This document shows, in pieces, positions 28,123 through 38,405 of a stretch of DNA of 64,000 bases. A program made the translations under genes and the position numbers. Origin of the DNA: Patescibacteria group bacterium (GTDB lineage: Bacteria; Patescibacteriota; JABMPQ01; JAHIRA01); contig JAHISJ010000023.1 in NCBI GenBank assembly GCA_018818205.1, positions 173,428 through 237,427 on the forward strand. Direction: 5' to 3'. Every line of letters starts with the position of its first letter. Within the stretch, counting starts at the first letter, position 1. Under the pieces are notes generated by a model, which was not told where the DNA came from, searched no databases, and saw nothing but the letters and a program-made list of their open reading frames with translations.

Positions 28123-29295
28123 ATGCACAAGACACCTCTCTCCTTTCACCTCATGGCTAAACCAACTGGAGCTGACTGCAACTTACGTTGCGATTATTGT
28201 TATTTTCTTCCAAAGAAAAAACTGTCTCCAAAGACAGAACGAATGTCAGACAAGATCTTGGAAGAGTACGTTAAGCAGTTAATAGAATCACATAACGTAC
28301 CTTCTGTTACTGTTGCATGGCAAGGAGGAGAACCAACGTTAATGGGTCTTGAGTTCTACAAGCGTGCAACAAAGCTTGTAGAAAAATACAAAAAGTCTGG
28401 AACGCATATAGAGCACACCATTCAAACCAACGGAACACTCCTTGATGATGAATGGTGTGCTTTTTTTAGAGAAAATAACTATTTGGTGGGTATAAGCCTT
28501 GATGGCCCACCTGAATTTCATGATACGTTTCGTAAAAACAAGGTTGGCGATTCAGTGTATGATCAAGTCATGAAGGGGATAGCGCTTCTACAAAAACATA
28601 CTGTCGAGTTTAACGTACTTACTACGGTTAATGCAGCTAATGTTAAACATCCTCTAAAACTATACTCTTTTCTCAGAGATGACTTAAAAATAAAATTCAT
28701 CCATTTTATTCCTGTAGTCGAGACGGGAAAGGACCGTCAAAATGTCAAAGAGTTTTCGCTAAAACCAGGTGAGTATGGAGATTTTCTGAATAGTATTTTT
28801 GACGAATGGATACAGAAAGACGTAGGGGAGGTCTTTGTCCAAATGTTTGACACTGCTTTAGCCTCATGGGCAGGAGCACCACAAACTGCATGCGTTTTTG
28901 CACCAACATGCGGTACTGCGCTCATTATGATGCCAGATGGTGCAGTTTATTCATGTGATCATTTTGCTGATTCCAACCACTGTCTTGGCACTATTTCAAA
29001 AACACACCTATCAGAATTGGTCAGCTCAGAAAAACAAAGACTCTTTGGAGAGTCAAAGCAAACGACGTTGCCGGAAGAATGCAAAGAATGTGCCTATCTT
29101 TTTGCCTGTCAGGGCGGGTGTCCAAAGAATAGATTTGTACATACGAAGAATAACTCAGAGAGTAAAAACTATTTGTGCAGCGACTATAAAGCTTTTTTTG
29201 AGCATATTGACACACCTATGCAAAAAATGACGTCACTTCTCAGACAAGGACGCGCACCAGCAGAAATAATGGAAAATATACATACTAATAAATGA
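28123..29295 (+). CDS. Anaerobic sulfatase-maturating radical SAM/SPASM enzyme (anSME)
   Basis: KPTGADCNLRCDYCY, WQGGEPTL, QTNG, SLDGP, YSCDHF, C..C.....C.GGCPKNR. Confidence 0.93.
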   Translation: MHKTPLSFHLMAKPTGADCNLRCDYCYFLPKKKLSPKTERMSDKILEEYVKQLIESHNVPSVTVAWQGGEPTLMGLEFYKRATKLVEKYKKSGTHIEHTIQTNGTLLDDEWCAFFRENNYLVGISLDGPPEFHDTFRKNKVGDSVYDQVMKGIALLQKHTVEFNVLTTVNAANVKHPLKLYSFLRDDLKIKFIHFIPVVETGKDRQNVKEFSLKPGEYGDFLNSIFDEWIQKDVGEVFVQMFDTALASWAGAPQTACVFAPTCGTALIMMPDGAVYSCDHFADSNHCLGTISKTHLSELVSSEKQRLFGESKQTTLPEECKECAYLFACQGGCPKNRFVHTKNNSESKNYLCSDYKAFFEHIDTPMQKMTSLLRQGRAPAEIMENIHTNK

Positions 29296-29373
29296 ATATT
29301 TGCTATATTTATATATAACATCATTAACTACTCTATGCATATCTGAGGATTATAAACACTAAATAAAAAACGC

Positions 29374-31728
29374 ATGCCAAAAAAGAAATTCAAAGGAACT
29401 ATCAATGTTGATGTTAGAGATTCTGTGCCAGATTGGGGTCCGTATGAACAACCAAGTTCAAAAAAAGGCTCTCCAAATATCTTGTACATCGTCTTGGATG
29501 ATGTAGGCTTTTCTGCTTTGTCTTGCTACGGAGGGCTTATTGATACACCGAATATAGACAAGCTGGCAAAGAACGGATTGCAGTATACACAGTGGCATAC
29601 GACAGCACTGTGCTCACCAACACGCTCAAGTTTACTCACTGGAAGGAATCATACCACCAACGGTATGGCATGTATTGCTGAGGCTACTACGGGGTTTCCT
29701 GGCTCAAATGGTCACATCCCTTTTGAATCAGCTCTTATTCCAGAGGTGCTGGTTGAAAAAGGATACAACACCTATATGCTTGGTAAATGGCATCTATGTC
29801 CATCGGATGAAATGAACCTTGCTTCCACAAAGCGTAATTGGCCACTGGGAAGAGGATTTGAGAGATATTATGGCTTTTTAGGAGGAGAAACCAATCAATA
29901 TTATCCTGATCTTATTTATGATAATCACCCAGTAGCACAACCCAAGCTCCCTAAAGATGGGTATCATTTTACGGAGGATATTACCAACAAGGCAATGGAG
30001 TTTATTGGTGATTCTAAGGTTATAGCTCCTGATAAGCCCTTTTTTATGTATTTTTGTCCAGGTGCTGCACATGCACCACACCAGGTCCCAAAAAAATGGA
30101 TAGAAAAATACAAAGGTGCATTTGATATGGGATATGAAAAATATCGAGAAGTTATTTTAGCACGTCAAAAGAAAATGGGGGTTTTGCCTAAAAATACAAA
30201 ACTACCTCCAATCAACCCAATCGGCACTCCCGGGAAAACTAAGAATGAAGAAGGTAAACCATTTCCAGAGCTCGACTACACAAGACCGTGGAAATCACTT
30301 TCTAATGGTGAGAAGAAACTTTTTGCTCGCATGGCTGAAGTCTATGCTGGCTTTTTATCTCACACAGATCACCATATTGGACGTTTGATGGAATTCTTAA
30401 AGAAAACGAAGCAGTTTGACAATACCATTACTGTGCTCGTTTCAGATAATGGTGCTAGTGGTGAGGGCGGCCCCAATGGTTCAGTCAATGAGAACAAATT
30501 CTTTAATGGTATCCCTGATGACCTTGAGGAAAACCTTGAAAAACTTGATGACCTAGGAAGTCCAAAGACCTACAATCACTACACAAATGGGTGGGCTATG
30601 GCTTTTAACACCCCATTTAAAATGTTCAAACGATACGCTTGGAACGGAGGAATCAGTGATGCGTGTATCTTCCATTGGCCAAAAGGAATTAAGAAAAAAG
30701 GAAAGAGAGATCAATACCACCATGCAATTGATGTTGTCCCAACTATATACGAATGTTTGGGTATTGAAATGCCCGATGAAGTTAAGGGCTATACGCAAGT
30801 TCCTATTGAGGGGACTAGCATGAAGTATTCTTTTGATGCTCCAAAAGAGGAAACACATAGAGAAACACAGTTTTACTCCATGCTTGGCAGCAGAGGGATC
30901 TACCATAAAGGGCTAAAGGCAGTAACAACTCACCCATGCATAGCAGGGTGGGGACATTTTGAAAATGACATATGGGAACTTTACAATCTTGAAAAAGATA
31001 GGTCTGAAGTAAATAACCTTGCAAATAAGCATCCAAAGGAGCTCGAGAAACTTAAAATGCTCTGGTATTCTGAAGCAGGAAAATACAACGCTTTACCACT
31101 TGATGATCGTACTGCATTGGAAATCATGCTTACACCTAGGCCAGAGATGGTAAAATCGAGAAATCGATACATTTATTACCCCAACATGGCTGAAGTAGTT
31201 GAATTTGCTTCAGTGAATATAAGAAATCGTTCTTATGTTATTGGTTCAGAAATAATGGTTGATTCAAAAAACCCTTCTGGCATAATCTTCTCTATGGGAA
31301 GCAAATTTGGCGGTCACACACTCTATGTAAAAAATAGAAGATTAAAATACGTCTATAATTTTGTTGGCTCATTAGAGCAAGTAGTTGAGTCTAATCTAGA
31401 TATCCCAGAAGGAAATGTTATTTTAGGTGCATCATTTAGAAAAAAATCAGAAAAGCCCAAAGGCACAGCACATGGCACACTTTCTCTCTATATAAATAAA
31501 AAGAAGGTTGGTGAAGGTGATATAAAAACCCAACCGGGTTCTTTTGGTCTTTCCGGAGGCGGGGTAATAGTAGGAAGATGTGACAAAGAATCTGTCACCG
31601 ATGACTACGAAGGCGAGAGACCATGGACATTTACTGGAGGCACCATCAGATACGTCGCATTTGATGTAAGTGGAAAGCCCTTTGTAGATCTTCAAAAAGA
31701 AGCTGAGCTGCTTATGAAAAGACAGTAG
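29374..31728 (+). CDS. Cys-type arylsulfatase with C-terminal LamG-like domain
   Basis: PNILYIVLDDVG, CSPTRSSLLTGR formylglycine motif, GKWH, SDNG. Confidence 0.93.
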   Translation: MPKKKFKGTINVDVRDSVPDWGPYEQPSSKKGSPNILYIVLDDVGFSALSCYGGLIDTPNIDKLAKNGLQYTQWHTTALCSPTRSSLLTGRNHTTNGMACIAEATTGFPGSNGHIPFESALIPEVLVEKGYNTYMLGKWHLCPSDEMNLASTKRNWPLGRGFERYYGFLGGETNQYYPDLIYDNHPVAQPKLPKDGYHFTEDITNKAMEFIGDSKVIAPDKPFFMYFCPGAAHAPHQVPKKWIEKYKGAFDMGYEKYREVILARQKKMGVLPKNTKLPPINPIGTPGKTKNEEGKPFPELDYTRPWKSLSNGEKKLFARMAEVYAGFLSHTDHHIGRLMEFLKKTKQFDNTITVLVSDNGASGEGGPNGSVNENKFFNGIPDDLEENLEKLDDLGSPKTYNHYTNGWAMAFNTPFKMFKRYAWNGGISDACIFHWPKGIKKKGKRDQYHHAIDVVPTIYECLGIEMPDEVKGYTQVPIEGTSMKYSFDAPKEETHRETQFYSMLGSRGIYHKGLKAVTTHPCIAGWGHFENDIWELYNLEKDRSEVNNLANKHPKELEKLKMLWYSEAGKYNALPLDDRTALEIMLTPRPEMVKSRNRYIYYPNMAEVVEFASVNIRNRSYVIGSEIMVDSKNPSGIIFSMGSKFGGHTLYVKNRRLKYVYNFVGSLEQVVESNLDIPEGNVILGASFRKKSEKPKGTAHGTLSLYINKKKVGEGDIKTQPGSFGLSGGGVIVGRCDKESVTDDYEGERPWTFTGGTIRYVAFDVSGKPFVDLQKEAELLMKRQ

Positions 31729-31740
31729 AAAAAAACAAAA

Positions 31741-32418
31741 ATGATCTCTACAGTAAGTGGAATCTTACCAATGGCAATTGGTGTAGCGATAAGTCCCGTG
31801 CCGATTATTGCGGTAATTTTGATGCTTTTCTCAAAAAAAGCCAAAAGTAATAGTTTGTTGTTTTTATTGGGATGGATCGTTGGTCTAATGCTATCTGGGG
31901 GGATTATTTTGATCCTAGGCAACTCACTTGATATTGCAACAAACAAAGAAACATCAACTGGCGCGTTGCTTGTAAAACTTCTCCTTGGTGTATTGCTTCT
32001 CTTTTTGGCGATCAAACAGTGGAAGAGTAGACCAAAAGAAGGCAAGGATCTCGCCATGCCTAAATGGATGAAATCGATTGATTCTTTTTCATCTACTAAA
32101 GCTTTTGGACTCGCATTTTTACTTTCTGCAGTAAACCCAAAGAATCTTGCGCTTACGCTTGCCGCTGCTTTCGCAATTGCTCAATCAGGACTGACAACTT
32201 CAAGTCAAACAATCGTTCTTGCCATATTCATAGTACTCGCGAGCATCACTGTTGGAATCCCTGTGTTGATAAATTTAGTTGCAGGGAGTAGAGTAGAGAA
32301 TATGTTAACCACCTGGAAAGCATGGCTTACGCACAATAACGCCACGGTCATGTTTATTTTACTTCTTATTTTTGGAATAAGTTTGGTAAGTCAAAGTGTA
32401 CAAGCATTAACACGATAA
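31741..32418 (+). CDS. GAP family (Gap/Sap-like) membrane protein
   Basis: A.GVAISPVPIIAVILML, W..RP....PKWM..ID, NPKNL, W...NN..M. Confidence 0.85.
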   Translation: MISTVSGILPMAIGVAISPVPIIAVILMLFSKKAKSNSLLFLLGWIVGLMLSGGIILILGNSLDIATNKETSTGALLVKLLLGVLLLFLAIKQWKSRPKEGKDLAMPKWMKSIDSFSSTKAFGLAFLLSAVNPKNLALTLAAAFAIAQSGLTTSSQTIVLAIFIVLASITVGIPVLINLVAGSRVENMLTTWKAWLTHNNATVMFILLLIFGISLVSQSVQALTR

Positions 32419-32680
32419 CAAGCAAAAGAATGAAACAAAAAAACATAAAAAAGATAGCAGTCTGGACCGGTCTTGCAGGATTGATTAAGCATAAAGAGTC
32501 TAAAATGGAGTAAAGCACCAAACATAATAAAATCCTTTGAAGATAAGGCTAATTTGGGGTACAATTGAAACGTTGCACGTAGATCATTATGAATAATAAT
32601 TAAATCGGTGTTGGCATTGGTGTGTGTATCGGTATAGAATGAATCTGCCGAAGAAAATTTGATCCATATCGTTAGCAAAT

Positions 32681-33082
32681 ATGCTCTATATAAAAAAAAC
32701 AGGTACACTCATTAGGCATACGTTATCAGCTCCACTAATATTTTCTGTGTTTATTCCTTTAGTGATTTTTGATGTATGGGTAGAGTTGTATCATCGCATT
32801 TGTTTTCCATTGTATAGAATTCCGACTATAAAAAGAGGAAACTACATTAAAATTGATAGGCAAAAACTTGCATATCTCACGCCACTTCAAAAAGTATATT
32901 GTGTGTATTGCGGATACGCAAATGGTGCAGTGCATTATTGGTCAAAAATAGCTGCGGAAACTGAACATTACTGGTGTGGCATTCAACATAAAAAAAGCAA
33001 GGGATATGTTCAGCAGAAACATCAAAAAGATTTTGCAAAGTATGGTGATGAGAAGAAATTTAGAAAAAAATATTATGATTGA
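32681..33082 (+). CDS. Conserved hypothetical protein with YCxYCxY motif
   Basis: ICFPLY.IP, IDR.KL.YL, YCVYCGYANG, E.YWC.I.H. Confidence 0.7.
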   Translation: MLYIKKTGTLIRHTLSAPLIFSVFIPLVIFDVWVELYHRICFPLYRIPTIKRGNYIKIDRQKLAYLTPLQKVYCVYCGYANGAVHYWSKIAAETEHYWCGIQHKKSKGYVQQKHQKDFAKYGDEKKFRKKYYD

Positions 33083-33147
33083 ACCTGTGTAGCAAATCAT
33101 TTTTAGAATGTATCATGCACTGCGTCGTTCTAGATTAACCACGATTT

Positions 33148-33825
33148 ATGGAAATAACAATCCTTAACAAAAAAATTTCACTCGAAGTAATCATTGGTAA
33201 TATTTTCCGATTGTTTTTTGTTGGCATTGTTATTGGAAGCATTATTAACCAGAATTGGTTTAACTTGTTTACCGCCATACTTGCACTAGCTCTTACATAT
33301 CTTCCTTTCTTTATTGCACAAAAAAAGAGAATATATATTCCAGCCTCTTTTCAGGTTGTTATTCTCGCCTTTATCTTTGCTGCAATGTATCTTGGCGAGC
33401 TTTATCAATACTACGACAAGTTTTGGTGGTGGGATCTTATGCTGCACTCACTTTCTGGAGTAATACTGGGATTTGTTGGCTTTATCTTAGTGTATGTTTT
33501 AAACAGAGAAAAAAGGGTTAAGGTCATTTTAAGCCCCCTTTTTGTAGCCTTTTTTTCCATTTCATTTGCAGTCACCGTCGGCGTGCTCTGGGAAATATTT
33601 GAGTTTTCTGCAGATGAAATTTTTGGATTAAATTCACAGCGGTGGACTAGAACAGGGGTGGTTGATACTATGTGGGACCTCATTGTTGACTTTTTTGGAG
33701 GACTGCTCATTGGTATTTTGGGTTATTTCTACCTCACAAAAAATCAACCCTCATTTTTTAAAAGAGCAGTGAAAGTTTTTATTGATACAAATAAAGAGCT
33801 TTTCTCAAAGAGAAGAAAAAAATAA
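33148..33825 (+). CDS. Membrane protein (DUF2238-like)
   Basis: Y.KFWWWD..LH..SG, WEIFEF..D, DTM.DL motifs. Confidence 0.75.
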   Translation: MEITILNKKISLEVIIGNIFRLFFVGIVIGSIINQNWFNLFTAILALALTYLPFFIAQKKRIYIPASFQVVILAFIFAAMYLGELYQYYDKFWWWDLMLHSLSGVILGFVGFILVYVLNREKRVKVILSPLFVAFFSISFAVTVGVLWEIFEFSADEIFGLNSQRWTRTGVVDTMWDLIVDFFGGLLIGILGYFYLTKNQPSFFKRAVKVFIDTNKELFSKRRKK

Positions 33826-33841
33826 CTAACACTAAAAAGCA

Positions 33842-34444
33842 ATGACTAAAAAAAGTCTCATAGCACTTATCATCGTGATTGTACTTATCGTACTTGCCGG
33901 AGTTGCAGGCAGTATCGTGTACTTTTTCACGAAAGGTCCAGATCTTGCACAATTTGAACATTTAAAGGCCCCGCAAATCACTAATAGACCAGATGAGCAA
34001 GTTATTGCAGTTAAGCTAGAGGGTGTTCCCGGCGATGTAGCTGGACAGGCAATTAGTGATCTCTATAAAATTTACTATCAACTTGATGTAGACAAAAACA
34101 CGCCAGTGGCACCAAAAGCAAGGTGGAAGAACTTCAAAGAGGGAGAAGAAACACTTGCAGGTGAATTTGCGTTAACGGTACCTACATCTGTTTCATCTAT
34201 CCCAGAAAATGCAAACGGAGAGCTGGTGATGTGGGATTATGGAGATACTGCCGAAATACTGCATGTTGGCTCGTACGACGCTGAAGATGAGACAATAGAA
34301 AAACTGAAGCAGTACATAAACAATGAAGGATATGAAATAGTAGGTGATCACGAAGAGGAATACATTAAAGGCCCCGGGATGTTCTTTGAAGGAAATCCAG
34401 ATAAATACTACACAATAATCCGCTATCAAGTGAAGAAAAAGTAA
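33842..34444 (+). CDS. GyrI-like small-molecule-binding protein with N-terminal anchor
   Basis: ILHVGSYD.E..TI.KL..YI...GY...G.HEEEY. Confidence 0.8.
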   Translation: MTKKSLIALIIVIVLIVLAGVAGSIVYFFTKGPDLAQFEHLKAPQITNRPDEQVIAVKLEGVPGDVAGQAISDLYKIYYQLDVDKNTPVAPKARWKNFKEGEETLAGEFALTVPTSVSSIPENANGELVMWDYGDTAEILHVGSYDAEDETIEKLKQYINNEGYEIVGDHEEEYIKGPGMFFEGNPDKYYTIIRYQVKKK

Positions 34445-34510
34445 TTCGGACTTATCCACTCTAAATTATTGTTATGAGTTTAGATATAAAAAATAGTAAT
34501 CGAGAAACAT

Positions 34511-34912
34511 ATGCCACGCGTAACACACTTTGAAATTTTAGCCGATGATCCGGATCGTGCAGTAAAATTTTATCAGGAAGTTTTTGATTGGAAATTTGAA
34601 AAATGGGATGGACCCATGGATTACTGGATGGTTATGACCGGTGAAGGCCCAGGAATCGACGGTGGTCTTTCTAAAAGACAAGCACCAATCGAATGTAAAG
34701 GAATTAGAGCTTTTGTCTGCACTGTTGACGTAGATGATATTGATAATTACATAGAAAAGGCAAAAAATGCTGGTGGAAGCATTGCTTCAGAAAAACAAGC
34801 CATTCCTAGTGTTGGTTATATGGCGCAGGTTGAAGACTCAGAAGGCAACGTATTTGGGCTTATGCAAGAAGACAAATCAATTCCAATGCCTGAAGGAGCT
34901 ATGCCGGAGTAA
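34511..34912 (+). CDS. VOC/glyoxalase family protein
   Basis: VTHFEI.ADD..RA..FY..VF.W, GIDGG, D.EGN.FGL. Confidence 0.88.
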   Translation: MPRVTHFEILADDPDRAVKFYQEVFDWKFEKWDGPMDYWMVMTGEGPGIDGGLSKRQAPIECKGIRAFVCTVDVDDIDNYIEKAKNAGGSIASEKQAIPSVGYMAQVEDSEGNVFGLMQEDKSIPMPEGAMPE

Positions 34913-34926
34913 AATAGTACAAAGAA

Positions 34927-34960
34927 AAAAAGCCCGCTCTTTCTCAAGATGCGGGCTTTT
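34927..34960. terminator. Bidirectional intrinsic terminator between convergent genes
   Basis: aaaaagcccgc...gcgggctttt. Confidence 0.7.
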
Positions 34961-34986
34961 GGTTCAACTGTTAATAAGTACAAAGC

Positions 34987-35697
34987 TTAATATGTCCAGA
35001 CATGGTAACCAGTCTCATGTTCAACAATACGTGGGCGAATAGCAAATTCAAGAATCTGTGCAACTTTTTGGACAAGCCGTTGCAACTTCTGTAAATCTTT
35101 GTCACGGATAAATTCAAGGTTAGGAAGGCTTTCAAAAAGATTTGCAAGTGCTCGAACCTTTTTCCCTGGCTTCCCTTCAAGTCTTGATTCAATGGCGCTA
35201 CAACCATACCCAATTCCGTGGCTTTCAGCAATAAACACCGCGAGTGCAACAATACCAGTTTGTTCAAAAGGAATACCTTGCATAATTCTCGGAAACACTG
35301 CTTTTGCAAACGCATCAACATCTTCTAGCATCATGCCTGGATAATGCTCTTCTCTAAGTCTGTTAATCCAGATATCAATCCCTGCTTGCGCAATTTCAAC
35401 TTCTTTAAATCTCATAGAATGATCGACTTGAGACTCATGCGCCGGGTTAAACATAACACCAGAGAATAACGGGTCAATCCTCTCTGCAAATAATGCATGT
35501 ACAATTTCATGGGCAACGTCAAATAAATTTTGTCCAAGCATGGGACGTGTGTTAATCAAAATTTCATGCAATGGGCTTCTGCCTGCAAAACTTACAATCT
35601 GACATCCTCTAATTCCCGGATGTACTTTAACAGTAACATCCCACTTAATTCCAAATGTTTTTATAAATTCTTCTACAATTTTTTGCAATTCTTTCAC
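34987..35697 (-). CDS. Hypothetical protein with HExxH motif (possible zincin metallopeptidase)
   Basis: VAHEIVHAL; GTG start with AGGAGG SD (35703-35708). Confidence 0.65.
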   Translation of the reverse strand: MKELQKIVEEFIKTFGIKWDVTVKVHPGIRGCQIVSFAGRSPLHEILINTRPMLGQNLFDVAHEIVHALFAERIDPLFSGVMFNPAHESQVDHSMRFKEVEIAQAGIDIWINRLREEHYPGMMLEDVDAFAKAVFPRIMQGIPFEQTGIVALAVFIAESHGIGYGCSAIESRLEGKPGKKVRALANLFESLPNLEFIRDKDLQKLQRLVQKVAQILEFAIRPRIVEHETGYHVWTY

Positions 35698-35736
35698 AAT
35701 TTCCTCCTAAAATAAAAATCAAAAATAAAGCTTAGA

Positions 35737-35765
35737 ATTATACATTAACTCAATCAGTATGTCAA
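35737..35765 (-). promoter_or_regulatory. Perfect consensus sigma70 promoter for the HExxH ORF
   Basis: Minus strand TTGACA (35765-35760)-17 nt-TATAAT (35742-35737). Confidence 0.8.
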
Positions 35766-35844
35766 CACTCTATGCATAAATATTGTTGTCTATTGAGTGT
35801 GACTTTGCTACTATTCGTTTAATAGAAATAATCTAGCGTAAAGA

Positions 35845-36870
35845 ATGCCTCTCACATCAAAGGAAAATAAAATTTGGAGCTCAATCGTTGTTGCTTCGGA
35901 TAACGATCCTGATAAGCCAGAATTTCCGCCGAGCAATCCTCACTGGCCTTCAACCCCAGTGAGAAAAATTGATGTTCCGGGATTTAAAAACGTTTATTTA
36001 AAGGATGAAAGTGTAAACCCAACGGGGACTCACAAAGACAGGATGGCATGGGAAATGGTTGTAACATACAAACAGCTTCTGGAAGCCAAAAAACAAGGTC
36101 GCATTTTAGAGCTTCCGCAAATGTCTATAATAAGCTCAGGTTCTGCAGCAAATGCCATACAGCATATGCTTGCACGGTACAAATTACCGAACTTAAAAGT
36201 CCTTGTTGACTTCAGGATGAATCCCAAGATCAAAAAGGGGTTGGAAGCAATCGGTGCTGAAATATATGAAACTGACCTTTCAAAAAGAATACTCTCTAAA
36301 GATGACATTCTAACGCTTACCGACAATAAAGGTGGTATAGATATTACTTCTGACGACTCGCTTGGACCGTTTGATGTGTTTTATGACTGGATGAGTTATG
36401 ATATTGTCAATCAAAATGCAGATTATGTCTTTGTTCCGTATGGTACCGGTCATTTGTATGAAAATCTAGTCAATGTAGCCGTCAAAGAGGCAAAAAGTTT
36501 CTTTTTCCATGACAAACGCCTCAGTGTTGATCCAAACGATATTAAGCAATGTAACTTTCTTGGCGCTACAACTAACAATCCGGAGACGAAGGCAGATAAA
36601 CTTTACTCACCGCATTTACCCTTTATTCACTTTGATACCAGATGGATTACAGTCGCGATAAGTAGGGGATATATTGGTGAGAAATCAAACGTATTAACCG
36701 TTCAAGAACGATACCTTGATGAAGCATATGCTATTGCAAAAGAAAACAATGTCACTTGTGAACATTCAGGCATTGCGGGGCTTGCGCTTATGCTTCAGCT
36801 TAAAAATAAACTTCCTAAGGAAAAAAAGATGCTCATTGTAAATACAGGCAAAGCAAACTATTCTAATTAA
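35845..36870 (+). CDS. Fold-type II PLP-dependent enzyme (threonine synthase-like)
   Basis: KDESVNPTGTHKDR, ISSGSA, VPYGTG, E.SG.AGLA, VNTG. Confidence 0.8.
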   Translation: MPLTSKENKIWSSIVVASDNDPDKPEFPPSNPHWPSTPVRKIDVPGFKNVYLKDESVNPTGTHKDRMAWEMVVTYKQLLEAKKQGRILELPQMSIISSGSAANAIQHMLARYKLPNLKVLVDFRMNPKIKKGLEAIGAEIYETDLSKRILSKDDILTLTDNKGGIDITSDDSLGPFDVFYDWMSYDIVNQNADYVFVPYGTGHLYENLVNVAVKEAKSFFFHDKRLSVDPNDIKQCNFLGATTNNPETKADKLYSPHLPFIHFDTRWITVAISRGYIGEKSNVLTVQERYLDEAYAIAKENNVTCEHSGIAGLALMLQLKNKLPKEKKMLIVNTGKANYSN

Positions 36871-36932
36871 CAATTGCCAAACAATATATAAAACCGTTAC
36901 AATAGAGACAAGAAAAACTAACGTAAAATTTA

Positions 36933-37277
36933 ATGAACCAAGGACTAAAAAAAACAATTGTCTCCTTTCACATTAGTGCGATTCTTTATTTTATGGTCGC
37001 GGTGTTATTTCTCATTCTATTCATAGTATTTCTTGGACAAGGGGATGAAAGCACCGCTATTGCCTTTCCGATGCTCCTTGGTGTTGTTCTTTCTATTGCC
37101 GTTGGCATTTTTTTAGAGTTTGTTATTAGCGCTTTAAAAAAACAAAAATATTGGGCATGGATAGCCGGGATTGTCATCTCGATTATCTTTATTCCCTCAG
37201 CATTCATTATCCTCGGAATTGTTGCGCTTATTGGTCTTCTTGATGAAAACACTAGAAAAGCCTTTGAAAAAAAATAA
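36933..37277 (+). CDS. Small membrane protein
   Basis: 114 aa, about 3-4 TM, K.WAW motif. Confidence 0.65.
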   Translation: MNQGLKKTIVSFHISAILYFMVAVLFLILFIVFLGQGDESTAIAFPMLLGVVLSIAVGIFLEFVISALKKQKYWAWIAGIVISIIFIPSAFIILGIVALIGLLDENTRKAFEKK

Positions 37278-37306
37278 TCCTTTATTGATAACAGTAACAT
37301 AAAGAT

Positions 37307-37669
37307 ATGATTACATTCAGCACTCTCTTTCCACTACTTATAAAAATCCCAACAGTCATTGCATGGATAGTAGGCATTATCCTTGCAGTGAAATACAAAA
37401 AAGAATTAAAAACTGCGTCAAGGCTTACTTTTATTGCTCTAACTATTGCTCTTGCAGCATATGCTACTGAAGTAATTTTGCATGTCACAACACTGCAAAG
37501 CTACTACAATGGAGATGTTGATGCAACGTATCTTTCCAATATCAATCTTACTCTCCAACTCATTGGATCAGTCACCTCTGTTGCCGTATTTACCATACTT
37601 ATCATTGCCGTTTTTTCATGTGGGAAGGCTAAGCTAAGCAAAAGAACCCCTGATGAAAAAGAAGACTAA
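37307..37669 (+). CDS. Small membrane protein
   Basis: 120 aa, about 3 TM. Confidence 0.6.
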   Translation: MITFSTLFPLLIKIPTVIAWIVGIILAVKYKKELKTASRLTFIALTIALAAYATEVILHVTTLQSYYNGDVDATYLSNINLTLQLIGSVTSVAVFTILIIAVFSCGKAKLSKRTPDEKED

Positions 37670-37684
37670 TCAAAAGAGGATACT

Positions 37685-38344
37685 ATGAATATGCGAACAA
37701 AAAACGCACTGTACTTTGAGAATATTGATTGGACGGTAAATAAAGTTGGAGAGGAGGTTAGAACAGGGCTCGAGCTGTTAAATTCTATTGATTCAAAAAT
37801 CATTACCTTTTTTGGGTCGCATAAAATGAAGCCCGGAAATACATACTATGAGGATGCAAAGACATTTGCAAGAAAGCTTGGTGAAAAAGGGGATGCAATA
37901 ATGACCGGAGGAGGACCGGGACTTATGGAAGCGGCAAATGCCGGTGCAAAAGAAGCCGGCGCGGAATCTATTGGTATCCAAGCATCACTACTTACTGAAG
38001 AACAAGTTGCAGATGAAAATTTTACACAGAAACTTCCCATTCATTTTCTTTTTGTCAGACGATTTTTACTCGCAATAAAAAGTGATGCGCTTGTTTTTTA
38101 TCCAGGAGGTTATGGAACACTAAACGAGCTCTTTGAGTACGCAACACTCATACAAACTGAGATGGTTGATGAAGTCCCAATTATTTGTGTCAATAAGGAC
38201 TACTATCAAGGGCTCTTTGATTGGCTAAAAAACAACCCCCTCAAAGAAGGATATCTCAAGCATTATATGACTGATCTAAAACTCATTCGGTATGTAGAAG
38301 ATCACATGGAAGCTCTTGAAATACTCGATAAGGAACTAAAGTAG
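37685..38344 (+). CDS. LOG family protein (TIGR00730-like nucleotide phosphoribohydrolase)
   Basis: TGGGPGLMEAAN.GA, PGGYGTLNELFE. Confidence 0.9.
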   Translation: MNMRTKNALYFENIDWTVNKVGEEVRTGLELLNSIDSKIITFFGSHKMKPGNTYYEDAKTFARKLGEKGDAIMTGGGPGLMEAANAGAKEAGAESIGIQASLLTEEQVADENFTQKLPIHFLFVRRFLLAIKSDALVFYPGGYGTLNELFEYATLIQTEMVDEVPIICVNKDYYQGLFDWLKNNPLKEGYLKHYMTDLKLIRYVEDHMEALEILDKELK

Positions 38345-38366
38345 TCTCAATAAAAAATATACATAA

Positions 38367-38390
38367 AAAAAGCCCCGCAAGGGGCTTTTT
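38367..38390. terminator. Bidirectional intrinsic terminator
   Basis: aaaaagcccc-gcaa-ggggcttttt between convergent genes. Confidence 0.85.
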
Positions 38391-38405
38391 ATGAAAGATT
38401 AAGTG

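Noticed and set aside
32391-32708. 105-aa minus-strand ORF between the GAP gene and the YCxYCxY gene
   Set aside because: Overlaps both neighbours, has no motif or clear start signals; unsupported.
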